DNA of 64,000 nucleotides, taken from Lama guanicoe. Lineage: Eukaryota. The stretch is from positions 6,087,842 through 6,151,841 of the forward strand of contig MU053557.1 of NCBI GenBank assembly GCA_013239625.1, in the 5' to 3' direction. Below, piece after piece: positions 38,101 through 49,300 of the stretch; position 1 is the first letter of the stretch, and each line of letters opens with the position of its first letter. The notes under the pieces are model-generated. The model did no database searches. It saw nothing but the letters and a program-made list of their open reading frames with translations, and was not told the DNA's origin. A program made the translations under genes and the position numbers.

Positions 38101-41100
38101 GGCCCGGCCTCACCTGCAGGATGGAGGTGCGCTGCTCGTTCTTGTGCACCTTGGAGGCCAGCCGGTTGAACTCGAGGGCCATGCGGCTCAGGTGCGTGAA
38201 GAGCTGGCTGCGGTCCGGCTCCTCGGCACACACGCTCAGGGTGGTCTCCAGGCGCTGCAGGTGCAGCATCAGGTTGCTGTCCTCGTGGGGCAGGGGGCCC
38301 AGGTACTGGGGGGCGGGGAATGCAGACTGCTCTTCAGCACCATCTGAGTAGGTGACACCAGCCATTCCCCCTCCACTTCCCCGTTCCTCATGACTCAGTT
38401 TCCCCTCATCCCAGCTCAGCCCGGGGAAATTCTCCAGTTACGCAGGTTCCCTGTCTGGGGCTGAGTCACAGGGCAGGACCTGGGACTCCCAGGCCACTGG
38501 CTGGCTTACCAGTCGTGGAGCCACCTGCCTCCCACATTCCAGGCCTCGCCGAGTGCCTGTGGGTAGATCACTTGTCCACTGGGCCTCAGAATCCTCAGTT
38601 ACTAAATGTCCACGCCCTCTTTCTGCCCTCTGACCACACAGGGTCCTCGTGCAGAGAAAGCATGGGGCCCAGGAAAGGGTACCCCTCCACGTGCAGCCCT
38701 GCTCCTTTGGCTCAGGGATTGCGGGCCAGGTTAAGAATCCTAGCTCTAGATAGCTCAAAGGACCCCAAACTAGTAGAGAATAGAAGAAAAGAAGCAAACC
38801 CTGGGCCAGATAGTCCAGTCAGAATTCATTCTCTTTCTCCCTGTCTCTCTCCTTTCCATCTCTCCTCTTTCTAGAACACTCTCACCATAGACAGTGCCCA
38901 AGGTTCCACAGGGGCACCTGAAGCTGATGGCATCGAGCTCAGTTCACCTCCCAGGCGTCCGAGGCCCCACCTTCCCCTGCAGGAGCCCCCACGCCTCCTT
39001 GTGCTTCATTCCCACCGTGTCCCATCTGCTCGTCTTTCCCGGCCCTGCCCCTGTTTCAGCTGCTCTGTAGGCCTCCCCTAAACATATATGGGAGCCACTT
39101 CCCATATATGGGAAGTGAGAGCTATGGGGAGCCTCCAGGTTCAGGCTTGGAAACCAATGTACATGGAGAAGGAACTTGTCCAACGTCGCCCAGTGAGTCA
39201 GTCAGGACTGGAACTTGGGCTTCCTGACTCCCTGTCTCATAGTGACTTCCTGCATCTGAACTCTGCAGCAGTGGAAATGCCCTGACAGCCACAGTGGTGT
39301 TCAGTGAATGCCTAGATAATATTGTTAGCGCCTTATTCTAACAGATACCGCTGCTTCCTCAATTCTGCCTTCCTTCCCCACTGCCTCTTTCCACGAAGGA
39401 TCTCAGGTGGCAAATGATGCTCTATTTAAGCCTCATAAATTGCCTCATCCCTCTGACCTCTCTGACTGGCCTATAAGCCCCCAGAGGGCATGGAGGCTGT
39501 CTTGTCTTTGCTCAGCACAGGTTTAGTGGGGCTAAGGAGGAACCTATTAATGAGATGAAGTTACTGGCCCAAGGTTATAAGAGTGAAATACTTTCTGAGC
39601 AGGGGTCCTCAACCAGCTCTGCAGAGCTCTCAGGGACACAACAGGACAAGGGACTGAGGTTCCCAGGAGACGAAACACAGACCCTTCTAATCCTCAGAGC
39701 TGCCTGATGTGGTTGTGAGCCCCTCGTCACTGAAGGTATGCCAGTGCAAGCTGGAGGATCATGTGATGGGGACGACCTTGCATGGGGACTGCACTGACTG
39801 CACAGAGGCAATCAGTGAACTAAAGAGCAACGTTTGTGTCCCAAATCCTTGGTGGAATGAGGCAGTGGAGACCGAGGTTAACAGTGAACGGTTAGACCAC
39901 AAACTGCCTGTATAACAGCCAAAAAAAATCTCAAAGTGAGGAGGGAGGGAGGAGGAGAGAATAAGTCTTTAAGACCATTTTAAGACTTTAAGACTTTTGA
40001 AGGTCTTTAAGACCTTTGCAATGGTTCTCCAAAAGACTGCCATTTTAAGAGAGAGCAGGAGGACAGAGCTGGAGTAAAGGCAGCAAGTAGGATAAGGTAC
40101 AGGATGAGGATGTTGGGTGGACACCCCAGGGCCGGAGGGCTGTGTGTGCGTGTGTGCGCATGTGTGTATGTGCGTGTGTGTGTGCATGTGTGTGTGGAAG
40201 TGGAAGGTCTACCCTCCTCCCTGTATGCCCCGAAGGGGAGCCTGGGGGGAACTGGGAGCCTGCACAGAAGGGCCAATCACCTGCTGTAAGCCAGTCTGGG
40301 CCTCTCTGACCCTTTCTACTCTGCCCGGGCTAGGAGCCCACAGGCCCAAAGGCTGAGTCATAACGTGGAGGTGCCTGGTGCCTGGCAGAAATCAGCGGGG
40401 TTGGCAAGGTGCCCAGGATTTCACAATGTTGTCTGCTTGTGCGGCCCATGGGAAAGTCACCAGCCAGGCATTTGCATATGTGAGCAAGAAGCACCCCCCT
40501 CAACACGCCGCCCCGCCTGCACTGGCCCCTCATGTATCCCCAGGTGACTCCAAGGTGCCCAGGGGACGAGAGCAGGTCCTACGCCTCTCCCCCGGAGCCA
40601 GGTGACTGAAACAGAGAGGAGACGGGGGACATGCCCAGGGACCTGCCGTCTACTCACCGTTGTGTCTCTGGTGCGGCCACTGCTCTCTGGTGGAGAATGC
40701 CCCTCGGTGGGGACCACTTCAAATTCAGAGGAGGTGCCCTGTGCAGAAGAAGGGAGCCAAGGGCTGCCTGAGAGAAAAGCACCTCACCCCGCCTCTTGGG
40801 TCCCGAGGCTGAGAGCATCGAGGGGCAGACATGGAAGGACAAAATCCCTTATCATGTCCAAGTCCCCTGGACGCCCCTCCGTGTGAGGGCAGCCAGCCCA
40901 GGAGAAGCTCAGAGACCGTGAAGTGGGAATCCCGGGAAGTCCGCCCGCAACCCACAGTTGTGACAGAGGTCACAACCCTCTGTCGCCCGTTTCCTCATCG
41001 GTAAAACAGGGATACTGGACTAGCTGACTTCAAATCGCTTTAGCACTTCAGGATCGTATCTTTTTTAATGGCCTTGCACTTTTAAAATGTCTTCCTGAAC

Positions 41101-44100
41101 TCCAGTTTTTCTTAAAGCAACCCATGGAGTGGTCAGAAGGTTGCATCCCCTTTGGACAGAGGAGGAAACTGAGGATATATCATTACTGAATGCAAAAGTA
41201 AGGACTGCAAATCCAGCACTCCTGCTGTGGCACCAGGGCTATCGCCTAGGCCCAGGTGTCTCCAACTGGTCACAGACAGCAGTTACCGTGGCCATTGCCA
41301 CAGTGGTCCCGTGCTAGCCTTCCCAGCCCAGTCCCAGGGATCCCTGAGGAGTGGACTGATCTGTGATAAGTCCCAGAGAGGTGCTGACAAGCCTGAAGAG
41401 ACTTTTTCAAGACACACCCAAATCCAGAGTGGCTAAGGACTCCAGGCTTTCCCACACCTCCCAGCCACTCCAAGTAGAAGGTACTGGCTGTGCAACCAAC
41501 AGATGGGCCGATGGTCCCTCTGAACCAGCAACTGGCTCTGGACTTGCTCCTAAACCTAACAAAGGCTAATTCAGCCTTCCCTGGTCCCAGGAAAGGGCAG
41601 GGGTGGGAGGAGCTCTGTGCTCAGCCTCTGCTGAGCCTCATGGCCACCAAGAACCCAGCTCTGGATCTCGGCACCACCCTAGAAAGTTTCCCTTTCACCT
41701 CTCCCTTTTGCTAGTTGTCTGCGTGACCCTGGAAAATGCTCTTCTCTCTCTGGATCTGATCTGTGGGATGGAGACTCTAAATGATATGACCACTTGGGTC
41801 CCCTCCAGTCCTAGGATACCAAGCAAAACTTCTCAAGGCAAATCTGCAGAAGACAGTTGCTGAGCCCCTGCTGAGAATGTGAGTTCCATGTCGCGTCTGT
41901 CTGCTTTCCTAGCACCGTGCAGTCCATTCATGCAGAACAACATGTAACCTAGCAAATGGGAGGCACTCCTTGTGCATATCAGGGTCCTCCTGGTAAGATT
42001 CAACTTCAACCTTCACTTGAAAATGGGGAACCCGAGGCCCCAGACAGACTGAGATCGACTTGCCAATATCACCCAGCAAGTAAGAAGCTAGGTTTCCTGA
42101 CCCCAGCCCTCTCTCATCATGTTCCTGCCCATGGGACCTTGAAATCCAGGCGACTTTCAGCCATGACTCCAAATACAACTTACACTGGATGGAGGTTTGG
42201 GGATTGGCTCTGGCTTGTCGCAGGGGCGTGCAGGGTCAGCGGGAGGTGCTGGGACATCTGCATCCTTTCCTGGAGAATTGAGAAAACGTGGATAAGCAGC
42301 AGGGAAAAGAGAAAAGCCCAGATGCCACCTTCTTAAGGATAGCCTTGGCCAGAGGAGTTCTTCAGAGTCCAGGAAACTGGGAGGGGGTCCCAGCATGGCC
42401 AGGGGGCCTGGGAAAACAACTGGCTCAGGAATGATGGGGCAGAACATGGGCAGAGAGAGTCCATCTTCCCTGGACTTGCTGGGGAAATCCCAAGGTGGTC
42501 ACTGCTCCTTGCTACCCTGGACCTGCCTCAATGTGACAAGTATGACAATTTACAATTAATGAAATGTTTTTATATTTATCATCTCAGCCAACTCACAGGA
42601 CAGCTTTGTACTCCATTTTCAGGTAAGGAAACTGAGACATACAAAGGTCACAACCTGCCCATGGTCACACAGCCAGCAAATGAAGAACCAGAACTTGAAC
42701 TTGGCTCTCCCTCCCTGACCTCCTGCAGTTCTTGCCACAGGGAGCCCCTTGAGGGTAGTTGCACATCTCCCTCTGGGGATGGGCCCAGTACTCACCCGGG
42801 ACTCAGGAGACATTGCTCAATGGACAAGTGGAGGCTGGAAATGCCCAACGCCGGCAGCCCAGCAGACTCTGAGATCATCGCTTTCCTCCATGTGTCCATT
42901 CAGCAAATGTAACCAGCAGCCAAAGAGAAGGCAGGCACATCGGCCTGGGCTGAGACCATAAGGTAGAGCCGTACAGCAGGGGGCATGTGAGCCCCATGTG
43001 TGGGAACCTTCTCCTCCTGAGTCCCAGACCTTGCTCTGGACTTGGAGACATGCCAGAGGAATGCAGGTGACCACACACAGGACTTTAACCCTTAGCCACA
43101 GTCAACGCTTTCCTTTACTAGGTAGTACGTGAAACCTGACATCTGACAGACACTGCTGCAGCAGGCTGATGGGCAAGTCCAGTTCTTCCACGGGCCTCAG
43201 CCTCCCCAGCTATAAAATGGAAAGAGGGGGCCAGACCACAGAGCTTTTGACTCAGATGCCAACTCGAGCGACCCAAAGTAGCTTCCTGGAGCATGATGTC
43301 TGGCACATAGTAGCTGCTCATTAAAAATTTGCTGAATAAGTGTCCTGGTAAAGATCCTGAGTCCATATTCTGAGTGCAGTGTGTGGTGATCCATTTGTAA
43401 CATCTGCCAGGGCCGCAGGGGTGCTGAATCACCAGCCACTTTGGGACAAGATTATTTTGAAGTCCCTTGCACATCTGACTTTCTGGGGGATGGTTTAGCC
43501 AAAACATGACTGGGAAGATGGCCTGCGGCCTAGGGATGAATGAAGGAGATGTGGATTTCTGACTAAGGAGAGAGTCCACGGTTAAGGGATTAGAGAGGTA
43601 GAAGATCAGGGAAGGCAGAGGACAACCTGGGTTCTCTGTGTACCTGTGAGCTCGGCCAGGTGGTCGAAGGAGGCCAAAGAGGGAGACGGCGGTGGGAGCG
43701 GCTCACTGTCCTTGACCAGCTCCTCTGCCTTCTGCCGCAGCCTGGACGCTTCCATCTGGGACTCTTCCAAAAGCTCCCCTGGGGGGACAATGGGGAAGGG
43801 AGGAGCAAAAGGAATTATTCAGCTCAGTATGCTGGTTCTCCTGCCCTGGGCTCCTAAGCCTGCTTCTGCCTGGCTTCTGATGCTCCAGGCCCTGGGCTTC
43901 ACTCCCCCATCGCCTTGTGGGCTGAGTGGGGCACACATCATTCTTGCCCACAACCCGAAACTGGCCTGAGAAGGAAGGGGTCTCGCAATCACGAGAAAGG
44001 AGCAGAGGGGAGTCTAGAACAAACTCCTGGCCCCTGGCCCCTGCTTCCTTCCTCACTCCCGCCACATCTGGCTGAGGACTCCACAGAGCCAGGGGCTCTC

Positions 44101-45072
44101 TTAGGCCCACCATCATGGTCCCCGGGGGGCTCCCCACAGCCTACGGCCCACAGTCAGGGGCTGCCTGAAGGGAGGAGACCCTTGTAACATCAACCACCCC
44201 TCCGGGCCTCAATTTTCCTTCTCTTACAGGTGGAGACAGGGAAACTCCAGTCCTCCTTCCCCAGTATGCCATTCTAAGCAGAGACTCGCCAAGCAAGGAA
44301 AAAGCATTTGGAAAATTAGGAGCTGTGCTCGCCCCCAAAGATGAATAAGCCCTGAGAAGATGGCAGCAAGGCAAAGGAAGAGTTTAAGGAGTATGGAGGA
44401 AAAAGAGATCCCCTCTGGACGAGGAAGTCAGTGAATGCCTCGCCTGGAGGAGGAGAGGGCACCTGAGCTGGCGGTTGATGGACAGGGACTGTTAAGTCAT
44501 GTGGAGGCCAGCGGGCTTGTTCTAGGCAGTGGTGGCAGACTGAGCAAAAGCCAGGAACAGAGAAATCCAGGGGCCTCCTCCCACCTTGCTTCAAGCCAAG
44601 CTCGGCTCCCTGCTCCAACACGTGGGGACCGTTCTTGGGTTGCCCTGGTGATGCCAGCTCTCCCCATTTCTGCTTCCATGCCCACAAATTGGGCCTTTCA
44701 GCTCCCTCTCCCCCACCCCATGCCTCCTTCTCAGTCCCCCAAGGCTTTCTGAGTCTGTCATCATGGTTCTGGGGTGCTAGGGACTTGGGGCTGGGGGTGC
44801 AGCCACCATGTACAGAAGTGCATGAAGACACAGCTGTGGACCAGGAGGGAGAGGGATGTCTCGGGCAGAAGCACATGCCAGCTGGCACAGCAGGTTGCAG
44901 GGAAGAGGCTTGCAGGGAGAGCACAGAGTGCTTTACCTAACATCTTTATCCCTTGCATTTTTTCCTTCAGTCGGGAATTCTCCTCCACTAGGCGCTCAAA
45001 AGCTGCGGATGCCTCTCCCAGAGGCACGCCGCCCCCAGGGTCGTAGATCCGGTATGGTCCTCTCCCTTCCAT
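17124..45072 (-). CDS. TNIP1: TNFAIP3-interacting protein 1 (ABIN-1/Naf1), 17 coding exons, 1905 nt, 634 aa
   Basis: Exons splice in frame from MEGRGPYRIYDPGG to ESTKNDHEGPQ*. AHD1 EIQRLNRALEEAL; UBAN LLKQQVKIFEEDFQRERSDRERM (D472); LIR-like SSEFEVV; GPX3-TNIP1 synteny. Confidence 0.97.
17945..18518 (+). mobile_element. LINE-2 3' fragment in TNIP1 intron 17
   Basis: gcctttgcatttgtcctttctctgc...cagcacagtgcctggc...aatgaatgaa. Confidence 0.6.
18700..18790 (-). CDS. TNIP1: TNIP1 exon 17
   Basis: PEYTWRLPCGGIRNQSSQVMDSPAARPAEP; G|gtgagc. Confidence 0.94.
19245..19392. repeat. A/G-rich low-complexity tract containing a 19-N assembly gap (19273..19291)
   Basis: Poly-A and GAAA runs flank the Ns. 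Confidence 0.9.
19707..19898 (-). CDS. TNIP1: TNIP1 exon 16
   Basis: TSADRYHVEPHPEHLCGAYPYAYPPMPPMMPHHGFEDWSQIRYPPPPTAMEHPPPHPNSRLFHL. Confidence 0.95.
20239..20304 (-). CDS. TNIP1: TNIP1 exon 15
   Basis: LKAFKDEEKAKEALRQQKRKAK. Confidence 0.95.
20811..20936 (-). CDS. TNIP1: TNIP1 exon 14 (UBAN core)
   Basis: VKIFEEDFQRERSDRERMNEEKEELKKQVEKLQAQVTLSNAQ. Confidence 0.96.
21694..21785 (-). mobile_element. tRNA-derived SINE (Vic-1-like), short form
   Basis: GGGGGAGGGT head, GGTTCAATCC box B, poly(A), TSD AGTTACT at 21687..21693 and 21787..21793. Confidence 0.82.
22133..22264 (-). CDS. TNIP1: TNIP1 exon 13
   Basis: ALEEALSIQASPASPPTAFGSPEGAGGLLRKQELVTQNELLKQQ. Confidence 0.95.
22380..22590 (-). 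mobile_element. MIR SINE
   Basis: cccattttatggatg...gaggttcagagacttcaagtgatttgttcaaagtcatatagcagtaagtggc. Confidence 0.65.
24480..24608 (-). CDS. TNIP1: TNIP1 exon 12
   Basis: TDKEQLTAEAKELRQKVKYLQDQLSPLTRQREYQEKEIQRLNR. Confidence 0.95.
26951..27082 (-). CDS. TNIP1: TNIP1 exon 11 (GC donor)
   Basis: ITELRQKLADLQKQVTDLEAEREQKQRDFDRKLLLAKSKIEMEE; GAG|gcaagt. Confidence 0.94.
27245..27310 (-). CDS. TNIP1: TNIP1 exon 10
   Basis: LLEVNKQWDQHFRSMKQQYEQK; AG/GT ends. Confidence 0.95.
27560..28300 (+). mobile_element. L1M-like 3' fragment
   Basis: aataattccactct...agcaatgtttatattgcaaaaaac; A-rich; approximate. Confidence 0.5.
28969..29058 (-). CDS. TNIP1: TNIP1 exon 9
   Basis: ASVTAGKISEVGALGAAEKKVRMLEQQRTE; |gtaggt. 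Confidence 0.95.
29480..30720 (+). mobile_element. Old L1 (L1MC/L1MD-like) 3' end in TNIP1 intron 8
   Basis: A-rich; recognisable L1M 3'UTR stretches such as cttggtttctaaatgccattctcc and gacaactaaatgcaatg...cctggtacagaaaaaggacat; boundaries approximate. Confidence 0.65.
32786..32906 (-). CDS. TNIP1: TNIP1 exon 8
   Basis: EENLELKKLLTSSGKDGASGQPGSPKLEGAGKKEVAPQPQ; |gtatgt. Confidence 0.95.
34504..34598 (-). CDS. TNIP1: TNIP1 exon 7
   Basis: TLCEQLRKENEALKAKLDKGLEQRDQAAERLR; |gtgagt. Confidence 0.95.
38114..38305 (-). CDS. TNIP1: TNIP1 exon 6
   Basis: YLGPLPHEDSNLMLHLQRLETTLSVCAEEPDRSQLFTHLSRMALEFNRLASKVHKNEQRTSILQ. Confidence 0.95.
40141..40195. repeat. Imperfect (TG)n microsatellite
   Basis: tgtgtgtgcgtgtgtgcgcatgtgtgtatgtgcgtgtgtgtgtgcatgtgtgtgt. 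Confidence 0.85.
40658..40738 (-). CDS. TNIP1: TNIP1 exon 5
   Basis: GTSSEFEVVPTEGHSPPESSGRTRDTT; |gtgagt. Confidence 0.93.
42184..42269 (-). CDS. TNIP1: TNIP1 exon 4
   Basis: GKDADVPAPPADPARPCDKPEPIPKPPSS; ctccag| ... |gtaagt. Confidence 0.93.
43644..43778 (-). CDS. TNIP1: TNIP1 exon 3
   Basis: GELLEESQMEASRLRQKAEELVKDSEPLPPPSPSLASFDHLAELT; AG/GT ends. Confidence 0.95.
44937..45072 (-). CDS. TNIP1: TNIP1 exon 2 coding part (exon starts 45108)
   Basis: MEGRGPYRIYDPGGGVPLGEASAAFERLVEENSRLKEKMQGIKML; TAG|gtaaag; in-frame TGA 9 nt upstream of the ATG. Confidence 0.96.
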
Positions 45073-45962
45073 GAGGGTGGCTCAGCCCCTGCCGTGGTGC
45101 CCGCCTGGCTGTAAGGACAACAGCAGTATGTCAGGGGGCTGGCCAAGCCACGGAGGCATCCTAGTCAGTCAAGGCCCCATAACCCAAAAGAGAACACAGC
45201 ACTTCGGGCTGGTCTGGCCATGGTACAGGAGAGCAAGACAGTCACCTCCTTTGATCTGGACACTCTGCCTTTATTAACACAACCTAAGAATGACATCAGT
45301 TTCTTTCAGCAGCTCACTGCATTGCCGGTTCATTTGGAACAGCAGCCAACTGCGAGGTGCCATGGGGAGTACAAGAGAGCCCTGGCCTTGGAGTCAAAAA
45401 ACTTGAGCTCGTGGCCTGTTGACCGGGTCCAGGAGTGGGACCCTGCATCACTGCACCCCCAGTGCCAAGCACGGTATCAGCTATGACGTGAATACCCAAC
45501 AAACACTTACCGAATGAATACATGATCTAGCTATTAACTCACTGCGGGATCACGGGCAGTCCCCTCCCCTCTCTGAGGAGGGGAAATGAAAGTCTTACAC
45601 TAAATCAGTGATCTTTAAAGTGAAATACTTGTGCCCAGAGGGATAAGCAAGTCAATCCAATCCAAAGTTCCATTTATATGTATGTTATCTTTTAAAAAAG
45701 AAAGACGAAGAAGAAAACCCCCTGACTAATATTTAATATACGAATTGACACTGTCAACCTCCTCTTTCAGTCTCGTGTCATGTATGGTCTGTCCCTTCCA
45801 GTTCTAATGAACAGATGGATTTTCCATCAAACCACCATCTACTTATGCAGCAAGTGCTCTGCACTACTCTGTTCAATTTCCCCTACTTTATTTCATTTGA
45901 AACAGCACTGCAAAGTGGTTTCAGAATCCCAGTTCTGTGACTTAGTAGAGAAACTTCCTTCT

Positions 45963-46340
45963 TGCATTCATTCAAAAATTATTTACTGAGTATCTACTCT
46001 GTGCTGGGTACTAGTCTAGGTGCTAGGAAATTATCAGCAAACAAAATAGACAAAAATCCCTCATGGAGCTTACATTCTAGTGGTGGAGGCAGATAAAGTA
46101 GATAGAGAGAGATGAACACAGTATTAGGGATGATGAAAACATCTATGGACAAAAATTAAGCAGGGAAATGTGAGACAGGGACTTTAATTTTCAATGGAGC
46201 TGTCAGGAAAGGCCTCACAGAGGAGTTATTTTTAACAGAGACCTGAAGGAGGTGAGGGAACTAGCCACGCAGATATCTAGGGGAATAGATATTTCAGGCA
46301 GAGAGAACAGTAAGTGCAAAGGCCCTGAGGCTGAAGAACT
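45963..46340 (-). mobile_element. LINE-2 3' end
   Basis: cattcattca...tatttactgagtatctactctgtgctggg...ccctcatggagcttacattctag. Confidence 0.7.
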
Positions 46341-49300
46341 GATTCAGCCCCCAGCCCTACCAAGAGCTCATCAACCAGCAAAGATCTCCAAAAGCCCCCA
46401 CTGGGGACCTTGGAAGGACTTGGAACCCTGAAACCTCCCTCCCAGGATCACCATTTCAGTTACAAGTTCTCAAATGCCCTTTGATCACCCATACAGTGCT
46501 TGCTGAAAGCAAGTGTGAAAAAGAACCAATAATAACAACCACCATTCATTAACCTACTCACCAGGCACTGCATTAAACGCTTCAGCTGCATTATCTCAGT
46601 GAAGCTGCACAACAACCCTCAGATACGTCCTAAATTATCTTCATTTTATAAGAGAGGCTCAGAGAGGTTAAGTAACTCAGCCGGGATTACACAGCCAGCA
46701 AGTAAGGGCCGAAATGCAAATCCAGTTCCACCTGACTAAGGAGGCTGAGCTAAATCCCTGCTATCCTCACACAGCTCCCCAACAAGACTCAGGCCAGAGA
46801 GGCAGAATGCAAGTGCAAGCCTGTTTGCAAGGTAACATGATGCTAGGTATCGGGCACCCGCTGGGCTGATTCCCCTGCCCGGTAGCACAGGAGACAACAA
46901 AGATTTCGTCTAGAGGGTCTACATTACCCTGGGATGCCGCGGGCCAGAAACGAAAACAAAGTTCTAGTGAGTGGGACCTCTCCCTCAAAGACTGACAAAC
47001 AAGATAAACACATGCTTCGAGAGGCACCCACGCCCTGCTGAGCCCCACGGAGGCAAAGGACAGTCGCCCACATTCTCAACACGAAAGTCACCAGTCAGCT
47101 TAGGGTTGTTTTTAACTTGAAAGGTCAACTTTACACTACAGAGCAATAAAGCACTGATGTATTCACGGAATTGAAATAAAAGATAGTGTGGGTAGGGCAC
47201 TGGGCACAACGACTGGCATATAGCAAGGAGCTCGAAATGTTAGCAGACGTGGGCGGGGGGGTCCTTCCTCTGTGCTCCCCGTCTCCTCCTGTGCCTCTCC
47301 AGCAAGCACTCACCGCCCAGTAAGGCGTGGATATGACTGGTTCGAGCACTGGCGCATTTGACTGAGAACTTCTGGAGGCGGGAGCGTGTTTTCCTCACCT
47401 CTGCTGCCAACACAGGCCTGGCACCTGGAGGGTGAGCCAAGACTGAGAGCTGAATGGAGTTTACAAACCGGGAGATGAAGAGCTGGAAGGGGCTATAGCC
47501 ACTCCCGGGGAAAGTGACAGGAGGTGTCCAAGTTCCTGCTCACCCTACACAGAACTCACAGTTGACGCTATGTGATGATTTGAGTATGTTTTTACTCCAC
47601 ATCTGCTTGCCCAGTAGATTAGAAGCTCCGTGAGAGCAGGGGCTGAGTCCATCTGGTCTACCAGGGTATCTTCGGCGTGGTCCAGAATAAAGCCCCAATA
47701 AACCTCCAAACAGAGCAGAGAGGCTGAAAGAACCAGAGGGGCCCTTGACCCTGACTCTGCCTCCTGAGAGGCCAAGTGCAAACATCCTTAATGCCTGACT
47801 GAGACCCGCTGACCAGAGGCACCTGATAGCCATATGGTGTAGAATCGGGGCTGGCACCGCCATGCTCCCTCAGAGATGCCCGGAGGTAAGCCCAAGCGAC
47901 AGAGCAGAATACAGGATACAGGACACAGGAAATGAAACCCCATCTCCATGTTCTCCACACCACACGTGCTCTTGCTCAGCACGGGGGAGCCAACGGGGAA
48001 GAGGGTTCAGAGGAAGCAGCGGAGGGACAGGCAGGGCTATTCTCCCGACTCCAGCCTCGGCAGGCAGAGCCTGAGGACATGGAGAGAGAACGGGCTGCAG
48101 GCAGAGGGAGTCCAGACCCAACAGTCTACTATGAGAAAGTCTCTCTGGAGACGAGAGGAGCCACCCAAGGGAAGGCCTGGACTTCGGAGGAAAGAAACAC
48201 AAAGAGAGGAACAGGGAGTTTCCAAGTCCTGCTGACCTCATGCCCAGATGGTCAGCGTCAGTTCCTTTCCTGGAGAGGGTTCTCGTTCCCAGGATGACAA
48301 AGCTGGATAGGAATCTCCAAGGGCAATGAGGCCAACCCCATTACCAAGCGCTCCCAAGGCTCTCTGAATGAGGGGCTGCATCACTGACCTACCTCCCGGG
48401 CTGATGGCACGTCTCCCCCAAGTCACAGACGTCACAGACGGCAAGTAGGTGTGGAGCGGGGAAGAAGGCGCTGAGCGCACCCCCGCACGGGGCAGTACCA
48501 GAGCTCAGTGCCTGGGCGTCCTGGGGCATGAGCTCATCTGACTCTCCGTCACAGTCTGAGGGCAGCGGTCAGGGCCCAGAGCATGGAAACCAAGGTCACA
48601 CAAAATGTAGGATGGAGTTGGACCAGAAGGTCCCAGCTCTCCCTCCAGGTTGCCACTGCCCTCACCCCCCATTTCTGCTCCTGTGCTGCGATCACACCAC
48701 AAGCAGAGGTTCCACCCATGTTCCTGCCAAGTCTGGCCTGAATTCCACATCCACCTGGGCCTGGTTCCAGCAGCTGCAGATCAGGTGACCTACAAGCAGT
48801 GGACACCAACCTGCCTTCCAAAAACAGAACAACCGCTGGGGAAGAGGCCACCAGCTCAGACCCTGTTCCAAAACAAGATCTTGGCTCCGTGGGGGTGGGG
48901 GTGGGGTCCCACAGCACACCCTGAGAGGCCTGGGGATGCCTGCTGGAACCAGAAAGGCCCAGTTTGGGGGCAGAAAAGGTATCAGACAGATGGCAGGACA
49001 GGCAGCAACCATAGAGCGTTAAGTAAGGATGGAGGTGATGCTGTTGAAATTGAAGGAGGCGCCAGCAGAAAGAGGAGAAGAAGGTGGTGAGACAGGATGA
49101 CAGACGAGCAGCTAAGGAGGTGGGGGGGTGTTGGGAGCGTGGCCCAAGTTGCAGCCTCTCCCCAAGAAGAAGAAGGTTGAAAAAGGCCAGATTCAGAATT
49201 ATATTTACATTTCAACTTCTATGCTGAAATGCAGCCCATCTGAGACTGTCCTGCGATTAGCCATGTTCTGGTGCCAGGAGTGGGGGCTCTTGGGTCCCCT

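Noticed and set aside
45073..45108. N-terminal extension of TNIP1 from upstream exons
   Set aside because: In-frame TGA at 45084..45082 blocks it
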